From: Dehalococcoidia bacterium
Lineage (GTDB): Bacteria; Chloroflexota; Dehalococcoidia; Lucifugimonadales; Lucifugimonadaceae
NCBI GenBank assembly: GCA_046583455.1
Contig: JAYGCG010000094.1
Location: 2,121 to 66,120 of the forward strand
Direction: 5' to 3'
DNA length: 64,000 bases
The position numbers and the translations under genes are program-made. Below are positions 46,575-55,779 of this stretch, one piece after another (the stretch's first letter is position 1; the number at the start of each line of letters is the position of its first letter). Below the pieces are notes generated by a model. That model saw nothing but the letters and a program-made list of their open reading frames with translations, was not told the origin of the DNA and ran no database searches.

Positions 46575-47573
46575 CTAGCCCATCGTAGCGAGGACTTCTG
46601 AGGTCACTTCGTATTCGAGAGGCTGTCCGGCCGACCAGCGTTCGAACTCCTCGATTACGCAATCCGCAAGACGCACCACCTCGTCGCCGATCGTCCCGCC
46701 AACATGCGGGCTGATGATCACGTTTGGCAACGTCCACAAAGCGGAGTCTTTCGGCGGCGGTTCGGGAGAAGTAACGTCCAGCAGCGCAGTGAGATCCGGC
46801 CGGTCACTCAAGACCTGAATCAAATCCGGCTCAACGACTTGAGCGCCGCGTCCCGTGTTGATGAAGGTCGCCCCATCTCGCATCGCTCCGAAATGCGCAG
46901 CAGTCAGCACCTGCTGAGTCGATTCCAGGTCAGGGATGTGATTGCTGACAACCAGCGAGCGCTCGAACACCTGGCGCAAAGATACCGATTCAACGTCGAG
47001 CGCTTTCGCCCGTTCAGGAGTCAGAAACGGATCGTAGGCGATCACCTTGACCGAATAGTTGGCGAGGAGCGTCCGCAGGCGGGCGCCGATCTTGCCCAGA
47101 CCGATCAGCCCGACCGTCTCGCCGAATACGCCGGAACGCCGAAACACCTTGGCCTCATGCGTCTTGATCTCGTCATACCGCCGCACCGCCCGGAAGTAGC
47201 CGCGTAATGAGAGCAATATCTGTGACAGGCACATCTCTGACACGGGGATGGCGTTGATCCCCCATGCGCTGACCAGCGTCACGTCTCGTTGGATAAGAGG
47301 CTCGGCAAACGCTTTCACGTTGCCCGCCGCGTAAAACACGGCCTTCAATTTGGGCATCTGCGAAAAATGGCGGTCCGTGAAACGCGGCATTCCCCATGTC
47401 GCGAAGATCACCTCGACCTCTGACAGGGCGGCGACGTGATATTCAAAATTTCCAGCGTTGATCACGTCCGGGTACAGCTCCGTTAGTTCACCAATGCGCT
47501 CCCGTCGGCCCTGGCCGAAAACGTCGCCGTCGTCAGGCGGGTAGTCGTGGAAGATCACGCTCTTCGTGCGCAT
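46575..47573 (-). CDS. D-isomer-specific 2-hydroxyacid dehydrogenase, paralog A
   Basis: 'VGLIGLGKIGARL' NAD motif, 'NTGRG', 'SPHVGG'. Confidence 0.8.
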   Translation of the reverse strand: MRTKSVIFHDYPPDDGDVFGQGRRERIGELTELYPDVINAGNFEYHVAALSEVEVIFATWGMPRFTDRHFSQMPKLKAVFYAAGNVKAFAEPLIQRDVTLVSAWGINAIPVSEMCLSQILLSLRGYFRAVRRYDEIKTHEAKVFRRSGVFGETVGLIGLGKIGARLRTLLANYSVKVIAYDPFLTPERAKALDVESVSLRQVFERSLVVSNHIPDLESTQQVLTAAHFGAMRDGATFINTGRGAQVVEPDLIQVLSDRPDLTALLDVTSPEPPPKDSALWTLPNVIISPHVGGTIGDEVVRLADCVIEEFERWSAGQPLEYEVTSEVLATMG

Positions 47574-47609
47574 GGCAGCATCCCTGTCGCTAAAGAAGAT
47601 CGCCCGAAC

Positions 47610-48122
47610 TTACTCGCCGAACTCTCTGCCCATGAGCAACGCCACCGGCCTTTTCGTCTCTTCGGCCTCGGTGAACGCCATCGAAATGCGCTCCATGTCT
47701 TCGCCCTGTTCCACTAGGTAGTAATGGATGCCGTAAGCGTCAAGGACCGGCTCGATAAATCGAGCGGCGGAGTCTGGCGTAGCGCCGTGTCGTGTCCATC
47801 CACGGTATCCGACCATCAAAACGAGTGGCATGCTGGTGTCGAGAGACATCCCACGTATCGAATCGCCGGATTCAAACACGCCGGTGTTCTGGATCATCAC
47901 CACCGGTTTCTTGCCGCCGACCCACAGCCCGGCCGCGATTGCCATGGTCTCACCCTCACGGCACACCGGAACGAGACTGATCGAGTCATCTTCCGTCAGG
48001 AGGACGTGCATGAAGTTGGTCTCGCTGTCCGGGAGCCAGACGGCATGGGTGATTCCGTGTTCGTGGAGGGCTTCGACGACGGCCGTGGCGCTGATCGTCG
48101 AGGAGTCGTAGGCGTTCGTCAT
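47610..48122 (-). CDS. TPP-enzyme N-terminal (PYR) domain protein, sulfopyruvate/phosphonopyruvate decarboxylase alpha-subunit-like (ComD-like)
   Basis: 'AVVEALHEHGITHAVWLPDSE...REGETMAIAAGLWVGGKKPVVMIQNTG' parallels ComD (from memory). Start set at ATG 48122, because the listed 64-aa N-terminal extension is Arg/Pro-rich junk. No beta (TPP-binding) subunit is adjacent. Confidence 0.65.
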   Translation of the reverse strand: MTNAYDSSTISATAVVEALHEHGITHAVWLPDSETNFMHVLLTEDDSISLVPVCREGETMAIAAGLWVGGKKPVVMIQNTGVFESGDSIRGMSLDTSMPLVLMVGYRGWTRHGATPDSAARFIEPVLDAYGIHYYLVEQGEDMERISMAFTEAEETKRPVALLMGREFGE

Positions 48123-48358
48123 ATGGTCCTTCAGGGTCGCTGCCGATAGGTATGGGGATAATAGGGGAGTGGGCCCGAGGACGCGGATTATAGGGCGCGC
48201 GACGCACCGGGGTCTCGCCCGGGTTCTCGAAGGCGTCAGGCAGATCGATACAGCGCCCCATCTCGGGGCTATAATCCGCCTGCCTTGTACTGTACTGCCG
48301 GTTAACAAAAACACATCCGCAACATCGTTTCACAACTCTTCAAGAGGAGATTCTTTCC

Positions 48359-49357
48359 ATGGCCCTGCCCCTGGTAGCCATAATCGGCCCGAACGATTCG
48401 CGCACCCAGGCCGTTGTGGAGCGATATGAGATGCTCGCCGGCCAGCATGGGGCATCGGTCGAGGTTCGTTGGATCGGCAACTCTTCCGGCGATGCAGAGG
48501 TCCTTGAACAGGCCAAAGACGCCATCGCCGTAATCCCCGCGGGTCCCCGTGCGATCACGACCGAGCTGGCGCTCAAGCTGCCGAATCTGCGGCTCATTCA
48601 GACCACCTCGGCAGGGACCGACTACCTCGACAAGACTGCGCTGGGCGAAAGCGGCGTCCTTGTCGCCAACAACGGTGGCGGCAACTCCGTGGCGGTCGCA
48701 GAGCACGCCGTTGCCCTCATGATCTCCGTCTACCGCAAGATGAATCTTCAGCTCACGAGCACCCGGGCCGGCACGTGGATGGCAGGGGTGACGGGCGAAG
48801 AAGCGGAGTATCACAACCTCGTCGACAAGATGGTCGGCATAGTCGGCCTGGGTCGCATCGGATCCCGGGTCGCACGACGGTTGCGCGGCTGGGAGTGCGA
48901 GATCATCTACTCAGACGTTATTTCTATCCCCGAGGACGTTGAAAAAGAGACCAGGGCGCGTCGGGTTGAGTTGGACGAGCTGTTGAGCACGTCTGACCTG
49001 ATCACCCTCCATGTCCCGCTGGACCGTTCGACTCATCACATGATCAGTACGCGTGAATTTGGGCTGATGAAGTCGACCGCCATCCTGATCAACGCCTGCC
49101 GCGGCCCTGTGGTTGACGAAGCGGCGCTGACAACCGCCATTCAATCCGGACAGATATTCGGTGCCGGGCTGGACGTTCTGGAGCAGGAGCCAACCCCCGC
49201 CGACAACCCCCTGTTAAACATGGACAACGTCGTCGTGACCCCGCACCTGGCCAGCCTCTCGGTAGAGTCAGGGATCAGGTCTACCGACTTTGCGATGGCA
49301 AACGTCTCCCGACTGGCGCGGGGCGAAGAGCTCGAGTCGCTCGTCCACCCGGTCTGA
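48359..49357 (+). CDS. D-isomer-specific 2-hydroxyacid dehydrogenase, paralog B
   Basis: 'VGIVGLGRIGSRVARRL', 'NACRG', 'TPHLAS'. Confidence 0.8.
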   Translation: MALPLVAIIGPNDSRTQAVVERYEMLAGQHGASVEVRWIGNSSGDAEVLEQAKDAIAVIPAGPRAITTELALKLPNLRLIQTTSAGTDYLDKTALGESGVLVANNGGGNSVAVAEHAVALMISVYRKMNLQLTSTRAGTWMAGVTGEEAEYHNLVDKMVGIVGLGRIGSRVARRLRGWECEIIYSDVISIPEDVEKETRARRVELDELLSTSDLITLHVPLDRSTHHMISTREFGLMKSTAILINACRGPVVDEAALTTAIQSGQIFGAGLDVLEQEPTPADNPLLNMDNVVVTPHLASLSVESGIRSTDFAMANVSRLARGEELESLVHPV

Positions 49358-49359
49358 GA

Positions 49360-50052
49360 GTGACCTCTTCCGACACCGGTGATTCAGGGCGGCGTTTGCA
49401 AGCCGCCTGCTTTGACATGGACGGCGTCATTGCTGATTCAGAGCCGATCCACTACGAGGCGGATCGCCGCGCTATGGCTGCGCACGGCGTGGAGTTCACT
49501 TACGAGGACAAGAAAGTGAACTACATCGGCCGGACCGTGAGAGGCACGATGTTCGAGCTTTCTGAAGTCCACGGGATTCCCGATCCGGAGGCCGTGCTGC
49601 AGGAGCGGCAGGATATCTTCAAGGAGTTGATCGCTACGGAGCTTCAACTGCGTGACGGGGTGCGTGAGTTGCTTGTACAGCTTTCTGACCGAGGGCTGCC
49701 ATGCGCTCTGGTGACTTCAGGGGATCGCTGGTACATCGATACCGTTTTCGAGTGCTTTGACCTGACGCAGTTCTTCGCCGGAATGATCACGGTGGATGAC
49801 GTGAGCGGCCACAAGCCGTTGCCTGATCCCTATCTGGCCGGAGCAAAGTTGCTTGGCGTTCCCCCGGAGATGTGTCTCGCCGTGGAAGACTCGACAGCCG
49901 GGGTGGCCTCTGCGAAGGCGGCCGGAATGTACTGCATCGCCGCTCCCAGCGAGATGACTTTCGATGCCGATCTCTCCGCAGCGGACATGCGAGTGGAGTC
50001 TTTCCGGGAACTCGATTCAGCGGCGCTAGACAGGCTTTTTGGAGTGAAATGA
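49360..50052 (+). CDS. HAD-superfamily hydrolase (beta-phosphoglucomutase-like subfamily IA)
   Basis: 'ACFDMDGVIADSE' DxDG motif I, 'VTSG', 'KPLPDPY', 'VEDSTAGVASAKAAG'. Confidence 0.8.
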   Translation: MTSSDTGDSGRRLQAACFDMDGVIADSEPIHYEADRRAMAAHGVEFTYEDKKVNYIGRTVRGTMFELSEVHGIPDPEAVLQERQDIFKELIATELQLRDGVRELLVQLSDRGLPCALVTSGDRWYIDTVFECFDLTQFFAGMITVDDVSGHKPLPDPYLAGAKLLGVPPEMCLAVEDSTAGVASAKAAGMYCIAAPSEMTFDADLSAADMRVESFRELDSAALDRLFGVK

Positions 50053-51182
50053 CCAGTTACGACGTTGCCATCATCGGTCTCGGGGCGATGGGCTCCGCCG
50101 CCGCCTATCACCTGGCGAAACGTGGTGTGAGCGTGATCGGTTTTGATCGTTTCACGCCGCCACACACCATGGGGTCATCTCACGGCGATACGCGCATCAT
50201 CCGGGAGGCGTATCACGAGTCACCTGCCTACGTGCCGATCGTTCAACGCGCATACGAACTCTGGGATGAGCTTGCGGAGGAAGCCGGTGAAACGCTTCTG
50301 CGGCAGACGGGCGGGGTGATGCTTGGCCCGCCGGAAGGTGAGACGGTGTCCGGGGCGATTCTTTCCGCGGAGCTATACGGACTGGTGCATGAAGTGCTGG
50401 ATGCGGACGAAATACGCAAGCGATGGTCGCAGTTCGACCCTCCGGATCACTTTGCCGCCGTTTATGAAGAGCGCTCCGGCGTTTTATTTCCGGAGAAGTG
50501 CATCTCGGCCCATCTTGAGGGCGCTTCGAAGGGCGGCGCCGACTTGCGATACGGGACGCAGGTATCCGACTGGGAGAAAGACGGAGATGGCGTGACCGTG
50601 CATACGAATAGCGGGGATGCCCGCGCCGCGAAGCTGTTGATCACCGCCGGGGCCTGGCTCCCGGGCCTGGTGTCCGAGTTGTCCTTACCTATTGAGGTAG
50701 CGCGACAGGTTTCGTTCTGGTTCGAACCTGCCGCTAATCCCGGCGTTTTCGACGCCGACCGGTGTCCGATTTACATCTGGGAATACGAGCTAGACCGTGC
50801 TTTTTACGGGTTCCCGAACCTCGGCGGTGGCATCAAGATTGCCCATCACCATGAGGGACGAGTTGTAGATCCGGACTCTCTGGACCGGGAAATGGTGACC
50901 GACGAGGACGAGCAGATGCTCAGGTCTCCTCTTTCACGCATGATGCCGGACGCAGTCGGTCGCGTGATCCGGTCAGGGGTGTGCATGTACGCCAACACGC
51001 CCGATCAGCACTACGCGATCGGTTTCCACCCGGAGAATCCGTCGGTCTTGATCGCGAGCCCGTGCTCTGGCCATGGCTTCAAGATGTCGTCCGCACTTGG
51101 AGAGTCGTTCGCAGAACTACTGCTGGACGGTGAGTCACGGTACGATCTGTCGCCGTTCGCACTGGATCGTTTGCTGACGTAG
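50049..51182 (+). CDS. solA: Monomeric sarcosine oxidase / N-methyltryptophan oxidase family flavoprotein
   Basis: 'YDVAIIGLGAMGSAAAYHLAKRG', 'GSSHGDTRIIREAY', 'CMYANTPD' (covalent-FAD Cys position), 'SGHGFK'. Start is ATG 50049, overlapping the HAD stop. The listed start 49872 sits inside the HAD gene. Confidence 0.85.
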   Translation: MTSYDVAIIGLGAMGSAAAYHLAKRGVSVIGFDRFTPPHTMGSSHGDTRIIREAYHESPAYVPIVQRAYELWDELAEEAGETLLRQTGGVMLGPPEGETVSGAILSAELYGLVHEVLDADEIRKRWSQFDPPDHFAAVYEERSGVLFPEKCISAHLEGASKGGADLRYGTQVSDWEKDGDGVTVHTNSGDARAAKLLITAGAWLPGLVSELSLPIEVARQVSFWFEPAANPGVFDADRCPIYIWEYELDRAFYGFPNLGGGIKIAHHHEGRVVDPDSLDREMVTDEDEQMLRSPLSRMMPDAVGRVIRSGVCMYANTPDQHYAIGFHPENPSVLIASPCSGHGFKMSSALGESFAELLLDGESRYDLSPFALDRLLT

Positions 51183-51269
51183 TTGCGTTCGGTGGGCGTG
51201 TCTCGAGAAGTGCCCGTCCGCACGATTGGTGTTGTTGTGGATTGATGACGGGTTGCCACCGTATAAGCC

Positions 51270-51294
51270 GATCCTGAATCAAGTTCAGGATGAC
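51270..51294 (-). repeat. 25-nt palindromic repeat GATCCTGAATCAAGTTCAGGATGAC (GTCAT family), copy 2
   Basis: Identical to 24822-24846. Intergenic. Confidence 0.8.
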
Positions 51295-51320
51295 GTATTT
51301 GGGGTCCCAAACTTTCTTTT

Positions 51321-51345
51321 GTCATCCCGAGCGAAGCCGAGGGAC
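51321..51345 (+). repeat. REP-like element GTCATCCCGAGCGAAGCCGAGGGAC (GTCAT family)
   Basis: TCCC/GGGA arms around a 12-nt loop. Lies 27 nt from the previous repeat, in opposite orientation. Confidence 0.55.
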
Positions 51346-51587
51346 CTTCACAGCGAGATTTGAGACGCGCTGCCGTACCTTCCCCCCAACCACTTTCGGC
51401 CTTGAAATCGGTCCTTGTCGCTGGGTGTTAGCGATTACACGGGCGTGCCGTGTGAGGGTCAGCGTCCGCGATCCACGCAGCCGTCATTGCGGGATAACAC
51501 TACCGAGGGGCGACGGACAACGCAGACGATTTCCTCTCTGGGCGCGGCGAAGCTGTTAAAGACGATGCCCCGGGATCTCGATCTCGG

Positions 51588-52526
51588 ATGTATCAAGACA
51601 CGATTTCCTTCAGTTATGGCGCTTTGCGCGCCAGCCATATACGTGAAGAGGCCAGCTTGACCCAGTTGCAGAACGCCGGAAGTAGCCCAGCCAACGGCTT
51701 GCCATCAGACACGTCTTCCGTCCGCATCATCGATCTGCCCCGTGTAGGCGTAGCCCAGGCAGAGGTGGATACAGTCGCCTCAGATGTCGATGCCCTCACC
51801 ACAAACATTACAAATGTTGTTGTGGCGTCTGACATGACCGTGAAGCGGACCCTACTTGGACTGTTCGCAAAGGGGCACGTTCTCCTTGAGGACCTCCCCG
51901 GGGTCGGGAAAACGCTGATATCGAAGACGATTGCACAGTCCATTAAGTGCGACTTCAAGCGGATCCAGTTCACGCCGGACCTGTTGCCGAGTGACATCAC
52001 TGGCACGTCAGTTTTCGACATGAAGGAAAGCTCGTTCGAGTTCCTGCCCGGACCGATCTTCGCAAACATCGTCCTCGCAGACGAGATCAATCGCACAGGC
52101 CCGAGGACTCAGGCCGCATTGCTTGAGGCGATGGCCGAGTTTCAGGTGACGGTGGAGGGTGAAAGCCGTGCGCTTCCATCTCCCTTCCTTGTGATCGCCA
52201 CCCAGAATATGGCGGAGAGCCACGGCGCTTTCCCGCTGCCCGAATCGCAATTAGACCGATTTCTTATCTCGATGGGCATGGGCATGCCGGGCCCGGAAGC
52301 CGAAGCCGAGATCCTGGCCAGATCTCAGAACGGAATACCTGCGGCAAAGGAAGTCTTGACCGGGGAACGCGTTGTCGAGATGCAGGAGATCGTCAGCGGA
52401 GTGGAAGTCTCCGCACCGGTACGTCAGTACATGGTCAACGTGATCCAGGCGACACGGATCGCAGACGGTGTGCAGTTCGGCGTCAGTCCCCGAGGGGGCG
52501 CGGCGTTGCAGCGAGCTCTCGCGTGA
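51588..52526 (+). CDS. MoxR-family AAA+ ATPase, apparently truncated at the C-terminus
   Basis: 'LLEDLPGVGKT' Walker A, 'IVLADEINRTGPRTQAALLEAM' Walker B. Ends at '..GVSPRGGAALQRALA*', which is where the lid domain normally continues for roughly 55-70 aa. N-terminal start uncertain. Confidence 0.7.
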   Translation: MYQDTISFSYGALRASHIREEASLTQLQNAGSSPANGLPSDTSSVRIIDLPRVGVAQAEVDTVASDVDALTTNITNVVVASDMTVKRTLLGLFAKGHVLLEDLPGVGKTLISKTIAQSIKCDFKRIQFTPDLLPSDITGTSVFDMKESSFEFLPGPIFANIVLADEINRTGPRTQAALLEAMAEFQVTVEGESRALPSPFLVIATQNMAESHGAFPLPESQLDRFLISMGMGMPGPEAEAEILARSQNGIPAAKEVLTGERVVEMQEIVSGVEVSAPVRQYMVNVIQATRIADGVQFGVSPRGGAALQRALA

Positions 52527-52669
52527 ACGAGATCAAACTGGCGTTCAAAAACGTCAAACTGGAAGAGGCGGCGGAAGGGGCCTGATTTCGGTCATATCGT
52601 CCTGACGCGTCCCAATATAAACCCCTACCAGCCCTGATCAGGTCCGAAAGACTCTGACCCCAAAATAAA

Positions 52670-52683
52670 AACCGCACGCGGTT
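52670..52683 (-). terminator. Rho-independent terminator of the paralog C dehydrogenase gene
   Basis: On the minus strand, AACCGCGTGCGGTT (5-bp stem) overlaps the TAA stop and is followed by TTTATTTTGGGG. Confidence 0.5.
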
Positions 52684-53665
52684 AGATGCCGGCGCGGGTC
52701 TTGCCAAGTACTTCCGGGTTGATCACGACATCCGGCATCTCTCCATTCAGTACCCGTACGACCTCGCGGGCCGTTCGTTCCTCAAGCTCTATGGTCGATG
52801 CCTGTGAGAAGAACGCCGTATGCGGTGTAATGATGACGTTTTCGAATGCGTAAAGAGGATGATCGTCCGGCGGGGCTGTCTCCTCCAGCACGTCCAATCC
52901 CGCTCCCCCGATCTCGTCCCTGCCCAACGCCTCCACGAGCGCCGACTCATCAATCAAAGGGCCACGGGCGGCGTTAATTAAGAAGGCGTCATTCTTCATC
53001 AATCGGAACTCGGCGGCGCCCATCATCCCCGTTGTTTCCGGGAGTAGCGGGGCATGGAGCGTTACGAAGTCGGAGGCCTCCAACATCGAATCCATCGAGG
53101 TCATTTGCACGCCTTCTGGAGCGTCTGATTGCCCAATAAATGGATCGTGCGCCAGGACCGTCATGCCGAAGACGCGTGCGCGTTCGGCGACAGCGCGACC
53201 GATCCGGCCCATCCCGGCGATGCCCATCGTCTTATCTCGCAGCCGGTGCATCGTATCTGTAAGTGACACGGACCCCCAGCCGGATGATTTGACCATTGAG
53301 CTGTGCTTGACGATCTTGCGGTTGAACGCAAGTACCATCGCCATCACATGATCGGCCACCTCGTCGATGCAGTAATCGGGGATGTTGGTCACAACGATCC
53401 CAAGCTCAGTGCAGGCGGCGATATCCAGGTTGTCCACCCCGATGCCATAGCGTGACGCCACCTTGCAGTTTGGCGCGTTCTGTAGCACCGATGCCGGAAC
53501 CTGAGCGAAGCAGAACATGATGGCGTCCACATCAGCGGCGAGCCTGGCCAGAGTCTCCACAGACGAGTCAGGCGCCACTATCGGCTCGATGCCCGCGGCC
53601 TTCAGGATCGCCGTCTCGGCGTCTATGTTCGGCCAAGTGTAGTCGGTAATCAGGACTTTGCTCAA
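52682..53665 (-). CDS. D-isomer-specific 2-hydroxyacid dehydrogenase, paralog C
   Basis: 'MGIAGMGRIGRAVAERA', 'NAARG', 'TPHTAF'. Confidence 0.8.
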   Translation of the reverse strand: MSKVLITDYTWPNIDAETAILKAAGIEPIVAPDSSVETLARLAADVDAIMFCFAQVPASVLQNAPNCKVASRYGIGVDNLDIAACTELGIVVTNIPDYCIDEVADHVMAMVLAFNRKIVKHSSMVKSSGWGSVSLTDTMHRLRDKTMGIAGMGRIGRAVAERARVFGMTVLAHDPFIGQSDAPEGVQMTSMDSMLEASDFVTLHAPLLPETTGMMGAAEFRLMKNDAFLINAARGPLIDESALVEALGRDEIGGAGLDVLEETAPPDDHPLYAFENVIITPHTAFFSQASTIELEERTAREVVRVLNGEMPDVVINPEVLGKTRAGI

Positions 53666-53784
53666 GTCACGTTCCTTTTAGAGCTACTGGTCGATAGCGA
53701 TGCCTGCGGCGCTACAGGGTAGCGCGAAAATTATCCCGAGGCTTGTCATACGGTCAGCCATGTTGTGCCGGTGCGGAACGGAGA

Positions 53785-54666
53785 TCAATCAGCGATGCTT
53801 ACCTCGGCCGGAATGATGCCCAGGTTTTCGCAGGTCTGAGCGACTACGGCGGCGCGGTTGAGCGTGTAGAAATGCAGCTCGTCCACGCCTTCCAGCATCA
53901 GCCGATGGGTGAACTCCGTTGCCACACTGACCGCCACGCTCAGACGGGCCTGCGTCCCGTTCCCGGCCCTGCCGAATCGTGAAACAAGCCAGTCCGGCAC
54001 GCTCGCTCCGCAGCGTTTGGCGAACCGGCTCGTGCTCACGATGTCCACGATGGGCATGACGCCCGGGACAATCGGTGCCGTGATACCGGCGGCACGGGCG
54101 CGGTCGATAAAACGAAAGTACATGTCGGGCTCAAAGAAAAATTGCGTAATTGCACGCGTGGCGCCGGCGTCTAACTTCCGCTTCAGATTGTCCAGATCCG
54201 CCTCAGCGCTGACAGCCTCTGGATGAGGCTCGGGGTAGGCGGCAACCGTGATCTCGAAATCGGCCACGCGTTTAAGCCCGGCAATCAGATCGGACGCGTA
54301 GTGATAGCCGTCGGGATGTGGCTCATACCGGTCCGTGCCCGCCGGTGGGTCGCCCCTCAGGGCCACGATGTGCCGAATCCCGGCATCCCAGTAGTCACGC
54401 GCCACCTCGTCAACCTCGTCGCGCGACGCGCCGACGCAGGTCAGATGTGCGGCGGGAGGAATGTCACTCTCCGCCAGCATTCTCCGGACAATTTGATGTG
54501 TACGCTCACGAGTGCTCCCGCCGGCTCCGTAAGTTACCGACGTGAAGCGAGGTCCGTACGGCTCAAGACGCTTAAAAGATCGCCAGAGAGTGCGTGCTGC
54601 GTGGGGCGTGCGTGGGGGAAAGAATTCGAACGACACCAACGGAAGCCTGCGGGTTGTAGAGGTCAA
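53785..54666 (-). CDS. metF: 5,10-methylenetetrahydrofolate reductase
   Basis: 'SFEFFPP', 'TYGAGGSTRERT', 'ALRGDPP', 'TQFFFE' MTHFR motifs. Confidence 0.9.
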   Translation of the reverse strand: MTSTTRRLPLVSFEFFPPRTPHAARTLWRSFKRLEPYGPRFTSVTYGAGGSTRERTHQIVRRMLAESDIPPAAHLTCVGASRDEVDEVARDYWDAGIRHIVALRGDPPAGTDRYEPHPDGYHYASDLIAGLKRVADFEITVAAYPEPHPEAVSAEADLDNLKRKLDAGATRAITQFFFEPDMYFRFIDRARAAGITAPIVPGVMPIVDIVSTSRFAKRCGASVPDWLVSRFGRAGNGTQARLSVAVSVATEFTHRLMLEGVDELHFYTLNRAAVVAQTCENLGIIPAEVSIAD

Positions 54667-55643
54667 CTGGCCGCCTCCACTGAATCGGGCTCCGACCTGG
54701 AATCTGACGTAGCTGATCCCTCGTGTGACGCCAGCCAGACGTTCACCGTCAAAGGATCGCCTTTCAGCGTTCTCGTCAACTCAGATCCCAACCCGGCGAC
54801 CTCGCACCATGCCGAGACCTCTTCGTCAGCAAGACCTAGTCTGTGGTGCGCGTGTTCCTCGATGAGGATGTTTTGCGTGTGAGGGGCGAAGTCGATCACC
54901 ACGAGGCGTCCGCCCGGGCGCAATACTCGGGACGCCTCTGCGATGGCGGAAGCAGGGTCCTCTGCGTAGTGCAACACCAGGTGGAACACGACGGCGTCCT
55001 GGGAGGCGTCGTCAAATGGCAGTTCGTACATGTCACCGTGACGGACCTGGCAATGCTCAAGGCCTGGTTTACCCAGATTCACGCGCGCAACGGCCAACAT
55101 TTCGTGAGACAGATCGATGCCGACACCATTACGGATGTCTGGGGCCATCACCTCAAGGATTCGTCCGGTGCCGGTTCCGATGTCCAAAAGATCTGAGACG
55201 TCACCGCCCCCGAGTAGATCGCGAACACACGCTTCCACTTCCGCCTCCGGGACATACATGGAACGTATCTGGTCCCAGCGAGGAGCGTTCTCACGGAAGT
55301 AGGACGCGGCCGCATCAGCGCGTGCTTCCTTGATCTCTTCCAATCTCTCCTGGTCACGCAGGTAAACAGGATCGTTTTCGGGAATCAGGTCTACGATGGC
55401 CTTACCCAGGAGCGGTCCATTGGGGCCGCTGGAAATCCTGTAAAACGCCCACTGACCCTCTCGGAATCGGCTCAAGAGTCCGGCCTCAACGAGCAACTTC
55501 AAATGACGTGATACACGCGGCTGGCTCTGTCGCAGGATCTGCGTCAGCTCGGTCACCGTGAGCTCGGCATGGGCGCACAGGGTCAACAGGCGGAGCCGTG
55601 TCGGCTCTCCCGCTGCCCTCAGTCCCGCCAGAAGCTGTTCCAT
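54663..55643 (-). CDS. ArsR-family wHTH regulator fused to a class I SAM-methyltransferase-like domain (SahR-like architecture)
   Basis: N-terminal 'EPTRLRLLTLC....LTVTELTQIL.QSQPRVSRHLKLL' ArsR HTH. C-terminal 'VSDLLDIGTGTGRILE' SAM-binding motif I, 'DAVVFHLVLHY', 'LRPGGRLVV'. 4-nt overlap with metF. Confidence 0.8.
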   Translation of the reverse strand: MEQLLAGLRAAGEPTRLRLLTLCAHAELTVTELTQILRQSQPRVSRHLKLLVEAGLLSRFREGQWAFYRISSGPNGPLLGKAIVDLIPENDPVYLRDQERLEEIKEARADAAASYFRENAPRWDQIRSMYVPEAEVEACVRDLLGGGDVSDLLDIGTGTGRILEVMAPDIRNGVGIDLSHEMLAVARVNLGKPGLEHCQVRHGDMYELPFDDASQDAVVFHLVLHYAEDPASAIAEASRVLRPGGRLVVIDFAPHTQNILIEEHAHHRLGLADEEVSAWCEVAGLGSELTRTLKGDPLTVNVWLASHEGSATSDSRSEPDSVEAAS

Positions 55644-55697
55644 GGGTCGTTCACTTATCCCCGGATTGCCGGAATTGGTGACGATTGATCAAGTACG

Positions 55698-55729
55698 TGC
55701 ATATAAACATTTCCTTATATGTTGGTCAA
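55698..55729 (-). promoter_or_regulatory. Promoter/operator P1 (upstream of the ArsR-MTase-metF unit)
   Basis: Minus strand reads TTGACC, 17 nt, TTATAT. The spacer and -10 carry the palindrome TGCATATAAA-CATTTC-CTTATATGTT (7/10 arm match). One of three near-identical sites. Confidence 0.65.
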
Positions 55730-55779
55730 GCTGAATCGAAAACACGTTTGCAACCGGTTCGTCTCGCAGGGAAACGGGA

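Noticed and set aside
52524-52526. TGA at the end of the moxR-like ORF as a second Sec codon
   Set aside because: Read-through gives 'TRSNWRSKTSNWKRRRKGPDFGH...', which does not resemble the MoxR lid domain. No redox context and no hairpin at SECIS distance.
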